Source: Eledone cirrhosa
Taxonomy: Eukaryota
NCBI GenBank assembly: GCA_964016885.1
Contig: OZ024742.1
Span: 54,126,001 to 54,190,000, forward strand
Reading direction: 5' to 3'
DNA length: 64,000 bases
In this document: positions 25,182 to 38,765 of the stretch, piece after piece
Layout: each line of letters begins with the position of its first letter
Position numbering within the stretch: the first letter of the stretch is position 1
Notes under the pieces: generated by a model
Databases searched by the model: none
What the model was told of the DNA's origin: nothing
Seen by the model: the letters and a program-made list of their open reading frames with translations, nothing else
Made by a program: the position numbers and the translations under genes

Positions 25182-27259
25182 TCAGTTCGGTACCTTGTAG
25201 TTATGCAATAGGTGTTTGGCGACGTGTGGACAACGTGTGAACAATTCATATCTCGTGTTTAGGCAATCACTATTGCCAAATCTCTTTATTCGTTCGTCAA
25301 TACATAAGCCACACGTCGGATTTCCCCTTGCGTATGGCTTGGACTTAGTGATGGCTTTTCATTGAATGGAGTAGTCTATACTTGAGTCGTTGAGGGACTA
25401 TACGTGGCTCGCGAATTTCGTGGATGATCGTCTGTCCGGGTACCTGAAGGTAGACTGGTGTTTCAGGAAACGTTCCTTAAAACGGCCCTCCGCCATTCCC
25501 ACATAGGATTTGACCTCCTGTGTTTCGTTTGGTTGGTTGGAAGTGACCACAGCTTCGTAAATTACAGCTAGTGTGTTGCATTGCTGTTGAAGGTGGCAAG
25601 ATTTAGGCTTACGGCAAGAGCACCCTGGTGGGGTATTGCTCCTAGGGCTGCTGGTGATGTGGGCCTTCATGTTCTTAGCGCAGGAGTATCCTAGTCTAAA
25701 TTTGTGCCGGTTAAAGATGGAGCGGTATTTATGACCTATGGGAAAGTGTCTATCTAAAAGGGCTAAACATTTTTTTCTTACATTGGTTTTAACGTTGAGT
25801 GAGAAGGGAAGAGGGAACCAGATAGTTTGTCTATTGTTGCGCTTACTTTTCCTAATGGTGTTGTTGCTAGTGGGAGAGTAAGTGATAGGTTGTGAGAAGC
25901 CGCTGTTAGCCAACGCCGTGTTAGAGTAGGGTGCCGCTCTGTCAAAGATAGCCTTATTAGAGGAGAGGTTTGAGGTTCTAGTACTGATATTCTTAACGAA
26001 GTTTCTACAAACAGTGGCAGGGTAGCATGAGTCCTTGTGAATGTAATTGAGTTTCTCGTTTAGCTTATAGAATAGTCTGTGGGTGTGTGTGCGAAGGTCC
26101 AAATTAATGCCTAAGAAATCTACGCTAGAGAGGTTCGTGGCTATTGTTATCCTAAGTCCTAACTCATTGAAGGTAGAAGCTAAGTCCTTTTTAAACCGGT
26201 CGAGGTCGTGACCACTCTTATGGCTCGATAAAGTCAGTTCATCGTCGCGGTATATTCCCGTGTGGAAGTCCGGGAATCTAACACGTAATATGTCTAAGAT
26301 AAATAGGCCAACCAAGTCACATACGTCAGCACTGTCAAACGATCCCATGGAGACGTCAAATAGGTCTGAAGTTGTAGACTTCTTTGCCCAGGCTACTCCG
26401 TCATTGAAGAGGAGGGTTTTCCGGCAGTGAGCGATGATTTCCCTGTCTAAACCATCGACGGTGGTATAAGTGGTAGCGAAATCCGACGCTTTGTTTAATA
26501 GGGTCTCTGAGATCGACGGGTAAAAATCGACAATATCAAACTGTGTGAACTTCGCTTTTTTAGATTTTAAGGAGTTAAACCACTTAATTACGGAGTCGCT
26601 GTTCTCCCACTGGGGCAGGTTGGACTTGGTCCTAATGGTCTTAACTATGTTTCTAAGTATGGCCTTACTGACTAGTCGCATATCTGTGAATGCCGGGTTT
26701 ATTAGTCTAAATGTGGGGTTCGATGTAAAGTCTACCTTGTGATCTTTCAGGGTGAGGAACGCCTCCCGCTTAGCTAGAGATTGTAGCTTCTTATCTACCT
26801 TAAGGTCAGCGGCAAGTTCTTTGGCTTCTGTATTAATGTCGTGGTAAGCCATAGGGTTAGCTTTCTTATATTTAGAAGTAATAGCGTTATGGGCCAGGTG
26901 GCGGAAAGTGGTGTTGTCGACTTCGGAAATATTATTAGTTGTGTCGGAAAGGACGAAGGTGTTCTTAGAAGACCTAAATTTCTTAATATCATTTCTGAGT
27001 TTCGTTTGAAAGGTGTTAGTGTGTTTGCGAAAGGAAATGTTAGCGACTAAGTCAAGAAGGTCCGTCTCGAAAGGAGGGTAGGCTCTCGATTTCAGGTTGA
27101 AGGTGTTGTTGGTGCCTGTAATTTTGCCGTCAACAGCTAGGGCTCGCCATCTTAAGCGTCTGCCGACATCTTCCGCTTTTTGTAGGAGGAGCTTTTGGTA
27201 AACATGTTTGGAGGGAGTTGGATGTTCTTCAGGGAGTAATCCAGTTCGTATAAATCCAT
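25182..27259 (-). pseudogene. PLE RT + GIY-YIG endonuclease (disrupted; main ORF 25398-26852)
   Basis: N-terminal YSLKNI; QFDIVDFYPSI, MGSFDSADVCDLVG, GIYRDD; AVIYEA..SYVGMAEGRFKERFLKH; C-terminal RCPH after a premature stop. Confidence 0.9.
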
Positions 27260-30200
27260 ACTGACGTTGATGAGACGCAAAATTGTGTAGGACACGAGGA
27301 TATAGAGAGCGCTCTCAGGGTAGTAAGCCAAACTCGCACGTGGTGAAGAATCTGCTAAAAGCCAAACTTCTACGTAGTGCAGAGAATCTGCTGATCGGTG
27401 CTGGAGACGTAAATAGTGGTGGAACACTCGAAGGTAATATCCGTAGTGGTAGAGCACTCAGTCCATGGGACGAGTTAGGTAGAAATGGTTACACAACAGT
27501 TAGTTAGTTCACCATACCGAGAACAATTGTTTCACCTTAGCGGATCCTCAGCTCGTAATGGGCATGGTTATAGGAACATGAAGGACAACCGTACGAACGC
27601 GCATGTGCAGAAACCCGGTGACTTCACACAGGCAATACTAGAATGCGTGCGAGAGGTAGATAACTGCGAAATGCCGAAAAGTTTTTAGTTGAAAAAAAAA
27701 AAAAAATATATATATATATATTATATATATCTTTCCATAACTTTAAAATGTTCTGTTCAAAACAGGTATCCAAATACACACAAGCACACAGTGCATTACT
27801 CGCCTCAGGAAAAGTTTGCATTCACATTTTAATCCATTGTTATTTGCTGAACATTTGTCTAATTCCGTCCTAGAAATAAATGATTAAAACATATTTCTTT
27901 TCTTTAACTACTTTTAAATGTCAGTAATCCTCATATACTATAGAGTTTCTCTTATGCAAACCGTCAATTTGTTAAACCGTAAATCTCCCACTTCATATGG
28001 TTGTTCATATATCTGGAAATTTTGGTATATGCGACATACTAATTTATGATTCAGTATTTCACACGCAAGTCTCCTACTATGATAAACATGTCGGTGAATA
28101 TCAATTACAATTCTTAGGAATATCACATGTTACTTAGCAAAAAAGAAAACACAAAAAAAAAACAATATTACGATCGCGAATACAATGTTCAGAAATAGGT
28201 TTCCTCCAAAAGGTCTTTGAAGTAACGTTACTCGATGGAATGTGTAGCTCAGAGATCAAAGAGTTGGTCTAGGTAGAGCCGCTACTTCTCCAAATATAGA
28301 GATGACAGTTCCCATATTACGGGCATGTGTTTAGAATGTCTCATTAAATAATCACTGGACAAATTTTACGGGCAAAACAGATGGTTCGGTAATATTCATG
28401 AGCTTGGATGGTCTTCCTTGGGGATGCAGCCAAATCCTTTGGAAACGGTTGCTTCTGACATGAGGCTCTGGAAAGAGTGTTTAGTGACACTGCACCTACG
28501 ACCCTTTCAAGAAGAAGAAGAAGAAGAAGAAGAAGAAGAAGAAGAAGAAATATATTGAATTATTATGAAATAAATATGGAGTTATGATCTTTTGTTTAAC
28601 ATTTACAAACTATTTTAATGTCTCACTTATAAAGCTGATTCTTACTTTTAGATAATGTTTTATTTGTTATTGCGTTTAGCTTTCTAAGGAGGCCATCAAA
28701 TATTAATTTTGTTTTTCTCCTTTAAATTCGGATTTACCCTTATCTCAGGTATCAGCAAATCCATTACAACCTAATATAGTAACATTGCTGTGTAGCCAGA
28801 AATCTTTAAGTACTTTCATATTTCAAAGAATTAATGAATTATGTATCTACGGCGCAATTGTTTCAATAAACAGGGAACTTGATAAATCCTTCTCTGAAAT
28901 GAAATAGAGATTAAACATTATACTTCAGACTTCAGCAGGACTGAATGTGTAATCAGATTGGCAATCCATTTGATGGTTGTTTGATTTAAAGCTACCCTAA
29001 TGGTGGTGGATAGGCAGAATTGGTACACCGTTGAGTAAAATGTAATTGCAGTATTTGTTTTTATAGTTCCTTACATCCTGAGTTCAAATCTCTTCAATAT
29101 CAACTTTGCTTTTTATCGTTAAATCGTTAATATAAAATAATGTAAAGTTCCAGCAATGATTTAACCTATTTTGATGGCTTTATGCCTAAATTAGGAATGA
29201 ATTTACAGCTAGCAGGTAGCGTTTCATGATTGTTTGGAAGATGGTCATGCAGATAAATACATCTATTCACATGGTGAAATCAGATATTTGTATTTTAATG
29301 GACGTAATTATATTTCCCTCGGCAAAATATTATCTGTCACATGAAACTCATATTTAAAATATTTATAAACTACTATTCACGTATTATAGAAATATATAAA
29401 CATCTACTCAGTTTGCAAATCGCCTATTCGAATTTTGTTGTTTTGCAATTATAAAGAGGTTCACATGGTTTATAATCTGTTTATACAATTTAAATCTTTT
29501 TCGTAATGTTTTTCTTTTCAGTTTAATTACTTTATTAATCTTGCGTTGCATCTGCTAACATTGAAACTGCTACATAGGATAAAATCTATTCAAATAAAAC
29601 GACTATTCGAAAATAAATATATTCATTGCAAATACAAACTGAAAAAATAACTAGAGAATAGTTAAAAATCGAGAAATATTTCAGTGTTTCTTTAGTCCAA
29701 ATTATATCATACCACAATAAAAGAAAGTACAATAGACGCCAACTAGTCCCAACGCGCTATGCCAATTTCATTAATAGTAAAATTCATATTTCCCTTCCAC
29801 ACATTTTATTGATATGAACTTATTATTATTTAACAAAGTCAATACTAAAAAAATATTAACTACAATAAATGGAAAATTAGCGTTCTCGTAACAATAATAT
29901 TCACTTGCGTTGTTTTCTCTATTGAAGTTTATAGAAACAGATTCTTATTTGGGACATATAATTTGTTGACAGGAGTATTATTTGATGACAGTTGAAAATA
30001 GAGTGAAAAGTTATCACAAGACAATATGAGATAAACACACATATTTTTTCCCTCTTGCTTCCCTCCTCTCCTTTTCTCTCCGTGTATTATATACAATAAT
30101 ATCTATAGTCTGTGCTTTCAACTTCATTTGACTTTTTCCACTTTCAACTCCGGTTTGTCCGAACGTCAACCTTTACTAAAAACATTTTGTTGTACAGACT

Positions 30201-30273
30201 TTCTAATGAACCTCTTTTTAGACTTAAAATTTTGAAGAAAAGTTTGTTTTATATCCTAATTATATTGTCGTGA
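27072..30273 (-). repeat. Right arm of the ~3.2-kb inverted duplication
   Basis: Ends ..TATTGTCGTGA, the reverse complement of TCACGACAATA at 20171. Confidence 0.95.
27517..27556 (-). ncRNA. Minimal HHR in the 5' pLTR (family E)
   Basis: CGAG-CTGAGGA-TCC gctaa GGT-GAAA-CAATTG-TT-CTCG. Confidence 0.65.
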
Positions 30274-30479
30274 CGCATTCAAAACTGTCTCAAAACTGAA
30301 TTCATATACATACATATATACATATATAAATACATAAAAAACATACAAACATACATGCATAGTAGTGGTGTGAAGCCAGCTCGTGTCCGATTACTGAAAT
30401 TACAAAAACTCAGACATTGACAAAATATCATTGATACAGTTGTTCTTGATGCAGTCTTAGGTGGCTCATCAAACCAGGA

Positions 30480-31900
30480 AGTGACTTACATGCAATACCA
30501 CACACTGTGCAGGTAAGTTTCCCGCCTGCTTCATTTTGATTGGCGTGGGATGCTTCGTGGTACAACGTTAGCTCAGTTGCAGCTTAACACACTTTGGTAC
30601 AGATGCTACATGAAAAACCATAGTACGTAGGATACTCGAGGTGTTATTATCATGAATATGACGTCTACTATGGCTTAGCACCATGTCTTTGATATAGATA
30701 TACGGACTAATATCCCCATATATTTAGCTGCTCACTTCCCTTCAGCATACGCCCTCTGCTTCTTTTCGAATTCCTTAACACCGGTAGTAGTTAGATTTGG
30801 CCACTAGATTTGTCTGCTGCAAGATTTTCCCATGTTTTGATGTAGATGTTGACCTTCTTAGAAATATCTTTCAGGCAGTCTTTAAAGCGATAGTGTGGCT
30901 TGAAATGCGGGCGTTTGCTTTGTAATAGTTCTACCTACAATATTTGTTTTGTAAGTCTTCTGTCGTAGTATTAGCCCTGACCACTCGAAGCTCTGTTTCG
31001 TGATCATGGTCTTGATGCTTGAGGGGAAAGGCCAACTGTAGCACATCAGTGTTTTGTGTATGAGACCTCCTTGAGATCTTGAGGATTGAGCGCAATCATT
31101 GGCGGAAGCGTTTGAAGTGCTGGATATGTTCACAGTATGAGTTCATGTATCACACCCATACAATAAGATTGTAACCACACATACTGGATATACTCCATCT
31201 TCCGCGCGTACACATATCTCTTCATCAAGTTGCTGTTTCTGGAGAGTGTACTACCCAGGTAAACGAAATACTCTAGATCCTTCAATATTTTCCCTTGAAC
31301 AGATATGCATAGTAGAATATATGCCTTTCCGGGTACATCCTGGTACATCACCATCTTTTAGGGCTGCCTGGGAGCCCAAATGCCTCACAAGCTGCCGTGA
31401 ATACATCCAGCAGAGGTCAACGTCTTCTACCGTGCGGCTAACAAAATCACAGCATTTAACATTAAAACAATCTCGAATCAGTGCAATATATGTTTGAGAT
31501 ACAGCAACGAATCGTCAAAAGTTGAAAAGCCTTCTTCTTTTTTTATAATGAATATATATGCCAACAGACAACATCCGTGTTGCTGAATGCTTTTAACAAA
31601 ACACCTGCAAAGATGATATTAGTCAACAGTCGGAGCGAACAGTTCACTCTATTTCACGCCTATCTCAAATTAGGAGCTCATCATTGACACAAACCCACGC
31701 TCGCGTATGATCATGCAATGAACGTTAAGCACCATAAACATATCAAGGTATCCCAGCTTCAAGACTATATGCTACAAAGGACTTTCGTAGTGACTATGCC
31801 AAAGGCCTTCAGAAGAGCAATTTCATACGGCGTACGCAACAGTTCGTCTCCATTTATTGATTGCAGTTGTGGGTAGGTCATATAAAGTACGCCGTTCGTA
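30480..31900 (-). mobile_element. Decayed RTE-clade LINE RT
   Basis: LEYFVYLGSTLSRN and adjacent RTE-like fragments. Confidence 0.6.
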
Positions 31901-32099
31901 ATATAAGGATTTAGCATCTCGCCTTTCTCCTGAGATCAGATGCACTTGTTTGGGCCACCATGAATATTTGCTGTTCTCCGCTGTACTGCCGCCGAGCATT
32001 ACATTCTTTGAAAGACTTCTCCGACTGGGATTCTTCTACATCTTCATTTGAACATGACAAAACTTATACAGACTGGTTTTCTTTTCCCTTAAAAGGCTT

Positions 32100-33180
32100 T
32101 CCATGCCAACACCATGGTTCATCTGCTTCCGAACACGAACATGTTGGTCCGTCCATCACTCTTCCCCTCTTATACAACGGACAGATCTCACATCCCCATG
32201 CGGCTCAATGTAGTAGAATCACAACCGACATTCAAACATACATAGATGATGGCTGCAAATTCGTGTTCAAGCATTGCCATCGCCTGATAGAATGCTCAAA
32301 ATGGGCGGCACGAATGTAACTCTTCACACCAGCTAAAGATTTGCACCCTCTGGCAAATATGTGGAAACTGTAGCTTTCCACTGCTTGGTTCTGACTGTGT
32401 GTTCTCATGTCTTTTAACACTTCCCATGCTTGCTCATTCCTTGCCATATTCCCTATACCTTTCCAGATCATGCTATTCATAATCTACATGAGGTCAACTG
32501 ATATGACATTGTTCATGTTTAATCAAACCAGCTTTGCTCAGGCAGAGTCGATGACAGTGCTGGCAAACCAGATGTTGCTCAACAGCAGGCAGATCAGAAA
32601 ATTTCCCTTTCCTCGCCTTCCTTTACAGTGTTAGGTGTTCTCTTCGACGAGTTTCAAACTGTTCACTTCCTGACTTGATCAAACGTCTCCACTTCACATG
32701 CTCCTCAGCCATTTTCTCCCATTCGTCAGATGAAATTCCAGCGCAAGCCAAGGTGCCCTTGACACAGTCCCGGTACCGCACTTTTCGTTTGTGTCGTGGT
32801 GAAACATCTCCAGTTCCTTGGGATGCTTTCTGTATGTGACCCACGTGTCACAAGCATAAAGCAAAGAGGAGACGATACATGTCAGATACACTTTTACCTT
32901 GGTGTCAATGGTGATACCTCGTCAGGACCATAAACGTTCATTCAGCCGTCCAAAATCATCACTGGCTTTCTTGATTCTTAAGGATATCTCAATATCAAGT
33001 GTGCATGAATTGTTCAATATAGAACCAAGATAAACAAACTTGTCAGCAACTTTCAGCCTCTTTCGGTTCACGTACACACTTGGTGTAGTGTATTCTTTCC
33101 CAGGTGCTGGCTGGTACACCACAACAGTCTTTTTCAAGCTTATTGTGAGGACCAAAGCGCTGCAAGCTTCAGAAAAAGAG
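32100..33180 (-). mobile_element. RTE-clade LINE 3' region
   Basis: LTISLKKTVV..KFVYLGSIL..RIKKASDDFGRLNERLW; SSLLYACDTW; RYRDCVK..WRRLI. Confidence 0.8.
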
Positions 33181-33714
33181 TTCATACATATACACATACA
33201 TACATACATATATGATGGCTGCCCCCTCGTTATCGAGTATGGCCATTGCACGGTATACTATTATTAATAATTATTAATTGATTCTATCGTGCGATGCCTG
33301 TGCGTGAAGATATTTTTTAAAGTGAGGAAAGGCTGTGCACTGAGCCAATCCGACTCTCTCAGCGACAGTAGCTATAACCCGAAAAGAAGAAAAGATCAAC
33401 ATCATCGGTAACTACTGAGCCGCAGGTTTTATATAGGAGTTATCCCAGTTTCCTGAGTTCCCTTCTCTTAGAAGAATGCCGTGACAAAAGCTAGGGGTCC
33501 TTCACTCCCAGTGGTTTAACCGCGCGATCGAGTGTCCAGCCCGACTATTTCTATGTCCCCGCGCATATACATACACCCATGCATATACACATATACATAT
33601 ACATACATATGTACATGTGTATATACATATTTACAAACTTTTGGATGGCCGTTGAATTTTATGAGTTCGTCCGCCCTTTGTCGGAATATATATACATGTA
33701 TACATACATACATA

Positions 33715-36700
33715 ACGCGATCAGTCACACATCATTTTGGCGTCGGAGACTATTCATTAAATTCATTAAATTTAAGATGAATGCTATCTCCGACAGTAAT
33801 GCCACAACTACCAGTCATGTTGAATAACTGGGTATTCTTCTAACTATATCCACGAAAGACACCTTTTATTCGAATTCGTAGAGATATCCGACTAAATACA
33901 TAATTTATTTTACAAGGATTTGCTACAAACAACATGGCTGAACACAACATAAACAACAACATCAGTGGAATACCGAAGAAAAACGAGAAAGGTAAATACA
34001 ATTTATTCAGTTGTAGCTACAGGAGAAACCGAAATTATAAATCGCATTTCTCTTGGAGTTGCAAACTTAATGATGATTTATTTAATTGTTATAAAATGGC
34101 AAAAAACAATCCCTCTATTGGCTATATGAACAGAATGAAGCTACACTTGGACGAAATACACCCAGAGCTAAATCCTTTCAGGGGGAAACAATTACGCCAA
34201 CAAGCGACGTTTGTTGAACGTAAAAATAAGATAAATATTATTAATTGTAAGTCCTCCAGAACAAACATGGAATCAACAACACGTGCTACAGGTCGCCATG
34301 CTACTAGACTTCCTAGTAGCCAGGTCGAACAGTGCCTTGAAACAACTATGCCTGTAAGAAATTTGACACCACGTGTACCATCTAAGTCTACCTCTATGCT
34401 AGGGAAAACATTATCGATAATAATAATAATCGAAGAAATAATAATAATAATCTAAGAAATTTGACACCTGTACCATCCGAGTCTACCTCGACTATTGTGG
34501 AAAATACTATCGATAATGATAATAATCAAAAGTATAAACAATTGAAAATTTCCCTAAACGAAATCTTCAACAGCGAAATTAATTCATGTATAAACATTTC
34601 TCTTGCTATTAAAATAACAATATTTAAAAAACAAACAAATAATGAAATATTACATGTTATTGACAAAATAGGGGATGAATATTTACGACGGATAAAAACC
34701 CTAACATTTTGGCAAATCAACGCCTGTTTATATGCTTTAGCAATGACAGTGAAGCATTATCTTGGTGATAGCAGGCATATTAACAAGAACAGAACACCAC
34801 CAAAAATACAATCATATATAACTAAAATAAAAAAAAAACGATTGCTGACCTACGAAAAACCATAGGATATGTGACAATGCTCCTTACATGCAAACAAACA
34901 CAAAAAAAATTCACTCCTCACCAACAAAGAGTGAAAAATAAGACGATGTTTGGTAACGGTGGAAGCAGAACTCTTCAATATAAGCTGATCACCCTCAAAC
35001 AAGAATTGAGAGCTGTTAGCGAAAAGCGCTGATACCTGAAGAAGGTAGATGAAAGAAAAGAGCTTAATAAAATATTCAGACGAAACCAAACATCAGTCTA
35101 TAGAGTTATGAAAGGCAAAATAATAAGTGTCACAGACGCCCTATCCCAGAAAGATATAGATTCCTTTTGGAGAAAAATATGGGGTGAAAAGAAGAATTTC
35201 AACCCAAGATGCAGTGTGACTAAAAGAAATCAAAAAGAACTATTGCTCCTACACTACAACAAAAACATACGAAATAAGTGAGGGTACCCTTTAGACTGTG
35301 ATAGGAAAACTCCAAGTTAAGAAAACACCATGAAGAGATATGATTGTCGGCTACTGGTACAAAAAACTGATATTCTATCGGAGGTATCTTACCGACCTCT
35401 ACCAACAAGTTCTTAAGGGAGCTACACTTATACCAGAATGGTTGACATTAGCACAAACATTACTGGTCCCCAAGAACAAAGACACCCACCTGGCAAAAAA
35501 CTACCGACCCATTGCATGCCAAAACCTGATGTATAAGATGTATACAGCCTGCCTGAACCTATTCCTCCAAGATCACCGTGAAAATAATAACATCATCACA
35601 GATGAACAAGTAGCTGGAAAGAAAGGGGTTTGGGGTTTTGCTGAGCAACTTCTAATCAACAAAACTGCGATGTTGGAGGTGCGACAACTTAGGATGAATA
35701 TCGCTACAGTCTGGTTGGACTACAGGAAAGCTTTCTATTCTGTTCCCAGTCTTGGATAATAGAGCCTCCCCCTCCCCCTGACTTGCTAAAGTTCCATACA
35801 TTATTATAACAACCATAGAGAAGCTTTCTTCTTCTTGGGCTACTATACTAAAGTTATGGACAGAGAAGGAGGACTCTATTTTCACTGTTAAAATAAAATA
35901 TTGCAGAGGTATATTTCAGGGAGACAGTCTCTCTGTGATATTATTCATCCTGTCATTAAACCCCTTAACCCTTCTGCTCAAGAAATGTGAAGGATACATC
36001 ATTGGCTCACAGGAGGACAGAAATACGAACCTAACACATAATTTATTTGTGGATAATCTGAAACTCTATGCCAAGAACATGGATGGGATGAAGAAAATCT
36101 TGACCTGGTTACAACATTCTCAAAGGATATAGGAATGGAGTTTGGCCAAAATAAATATATGGGGAAAAATAACAACCCAATCTAGCCACATTTGTATCAA
36201 AGGCCTAACTGTTTCACCATTATCTGATGAGGACTGCTACAGATACCTGGGGATAGATGAGAACATATTCTATAATGGTATCTGTAATAAGGAACGCGTA
36301 ACCAGGGAATACTACACCCGATTAAGAAAGATATGGTCATCGGAACTCTCTGCGCATAACAAAACAGTGGTTCACAATGTGTTTGCTGTTCCTGCCCTAA
36401 CACCAACTTTTGGATTACTCGATTGAACGATAGACTAAATCCGAGCAGTTGATGTTGGAACTCGAAAAATACTAAACAACACCGGAAACTTCCACATCAA
36501 CAGTGACATAGACCGCCTTTACTTGAAACGTAAGCAGGGAGGCAGAGGCCTAACATCAGTCCAGACAGCATTTGAATGTCGCATGATATCCCTCCGACAA
36601 CATCTACGAACCTCAAAGCGTAGAAGCCCGTCTCTCGAGCAAGAAACAGATAAGATCATGATAGTTGGGAAGGAACTCCTCGAGAGGTATTCCCTTTCTG

Positions 36701-37782
36701 ATAATCAAAAACTCACACCAAGGGATGTCGCTCAGCAGTATCGCAGTGAATCCATGGATGAAACATGCATGCTTATGACCAAAAATTCATGCATGGATAT
36801 GTTGTCAGGAAGCTCCAGAGTGAGAGTATTATAGATAAAGAAAGTAGTCTATCTTGGACCAACAACCGCTATATTGTCTCCCACTTTGAAGGACACGCTT
36901 TTGCAATCCAAGAACAGGAAATCAACACGAAATACCTGATTCACAAAAGAGATAGGGATGCAGGCAAAACACCTAGATGTGATAACAAGTGCAGACTCTG
37001 CAGAATTAACATCGAAGATGTCATCCATGTCATAAGCAGCTGTCCAAAGATGTCATCGCGGCACTATCTACCTATGAGTCATGATGTAGTGGCCAAAACA
37101 CTGTACAATGCAATCCGTAGTAAAGGTAACCCCGGTAATAAACACATTAAAAGCTACAGCAATGTCGAAGACATCCATGTACATAATATGAAAGAGTACT
37201 GGTGGAATGTTCCAGTAAAAAACCCAATAAAATGCAGGCATGACATACCAGATATTATGATATGGGACATGGAAAAGAAGCCATGCACAGTAGTGGAAGT
37301 GAGCTGCCTAGCAGATACCAATATAATATCAAAGATTAGCGAAAAGGAGAATATTAATGCAGAACTGATGAGAAATCTGCAGATACTCCACTCTGATTAT
37401 ACCTTCAGATAATTGGGGCACTGGGATATGTTAGTAACTTCCTCAATACAAATCTTGAGAAGCTGGGCTTCACAGGGACAGAAAGAACACAATTAGTTAG
37501 AAAATTACAAGTACAATCCATTAATGGAACAGTACAAATATGTAAAATATTCCAAAACTTTTGCATCTAATAACTGCATATACACATGTACAGATACTAA
37601 GCATACATACAACTCAAAACATACACATCTACACATACAATAACATCCATATCTACACACGCATGCATACATATCTACCTAGTTGATGTTGTGTAAATTC
37701 CAATGATGGAGTCTTGTGCCTCTGTTAGAAACCGACTGTCTCTCTATTGTCAAAACTTTGTGAAATTATAAAACTAGAAGAA
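33715..37782 (+). mobile_element. Near full-length decayed RLE LINE (R4-like, distinct family) flanked by (CATA)n
   Basis: NYRPIACQN, WLDYRKAF, GIFQGDSLS, CRLC..HVISSC, HDIPDIMIW..VVEVSC; N-terminal ORF 33934-34455. Confidence 0.85.
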
Positions 37783-37799
37783 CATACATACACGCAGGA

Positions 37800-38765
37800 G
37801 TGCACCCTCCTCTGGAAATCGAGAGATGAACGGTTTGCCAATACAATCTCTACAGTCAGGTGACAACTACAGATATCTTGGACAGGATCAGAATGCCAGA
37901 TATGATGGACCTATAAATAAGAGGAGAACAAGAACTGGATATTTCAGGAGAGTAATATGGTCATCAGAACTATCAGCGTACAAGAAATACATTGCCCATA
38001 ATACTTTTGCTGTGCCAATCTTAACATTTGGTCTGCTGAACTGGTCATTCAAAGCGAGATGGATGTAAGAACACGCAAGCTTTTCTGTATTACTGGAAAC
38101 TTTAACATCAATGGTGATGTGGAAAGACTGTACTTCTGATGCAAGGAAAGTGACCGGGACCTTATATTCATAATAACATCATACGAGACCCGAATACTAA
38201 CACAGAAGCAACATCTTCAGCAGAAGAAAAAGGTCAGCAACTATCTTGCCCAGGTCTATGAGCATGAAGGAAATAATTGTTTCTATTTTAGGCACAAGGC
38301 CATCAATTACCCAGTACATTACTGGTACTTTATTTTATCGACTCCGTAAGGATGAAAGGCAAAGTTAACCTCGGCGGGATTTGAACTCAGATCATAAAGG
38401 GACGCAACTCTATGCTTCAAAGCATGGTGTCCGACTCTCTACCGATACTGCCAATCCACCGCCCTTTGAGCATGAAGGAAATAATATCATTAGGAAAGCC
38501 ACTGATCTGGAGGAGAGGTATGGAATAAGGCCTGATATAAATCTCTCTCCCATGGAAATCGGAAGATCCTATTCAATGTTCGAAAAGATAAAGAAATTTA
38601 CAGAGAAAGTTGTGCATGGGTACCTGAGACGAAACACACAGGCCATATAAGGGATAAATCATTCAAAAGGCCTGTCATGGAGTTCCGACAAGTTTATGAC
38701 ATCCCACTTTGAAGGATATCTCTTTGCAATACAGGAACAAGAAATCCCTATCAAATATCTGCTAC
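37800..38765 (+). mobile_element. Second fragment of a related RLE LINE, interrupted by a SINE
   Basis: YRYLGQDQN..WSSELSAY..NTFAVPIL; SHFEGYLFAIQEQEI. Confidence 0.7.
38278..38465 (-). mobile_element. Full-length tRNA SINE with 19-bp TSD
   Basis: TSD TGAGCATGAAGGAAATAAT at 38259-38277 and 38467-38485. Confidence 0.9.

Larger units (their letters stand above)
24908..27692 (-). mobile_element. Near full-length Penelope-like element (family E) with two pLTRs, bounded by (TA)n
   Basis: Direct repeats at 24908-25161 and ~27414-27666 (each with an HHR) flank an RT + GIY-YIG ORF. Confidence 0.92.

Noticed and set aside
25398-25400. In-frame stop in the PLE ORF as possible selenocysteine recoding
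   Set aside because: The codon is TAG (likely mutated TGG), not TGA
33300-33520. Possible RTE 5'UTR or HDV-like ribozyme on the minus strand
   Set aside because: Resembles RTE leaders but I could not fit the nested double pseudoknot
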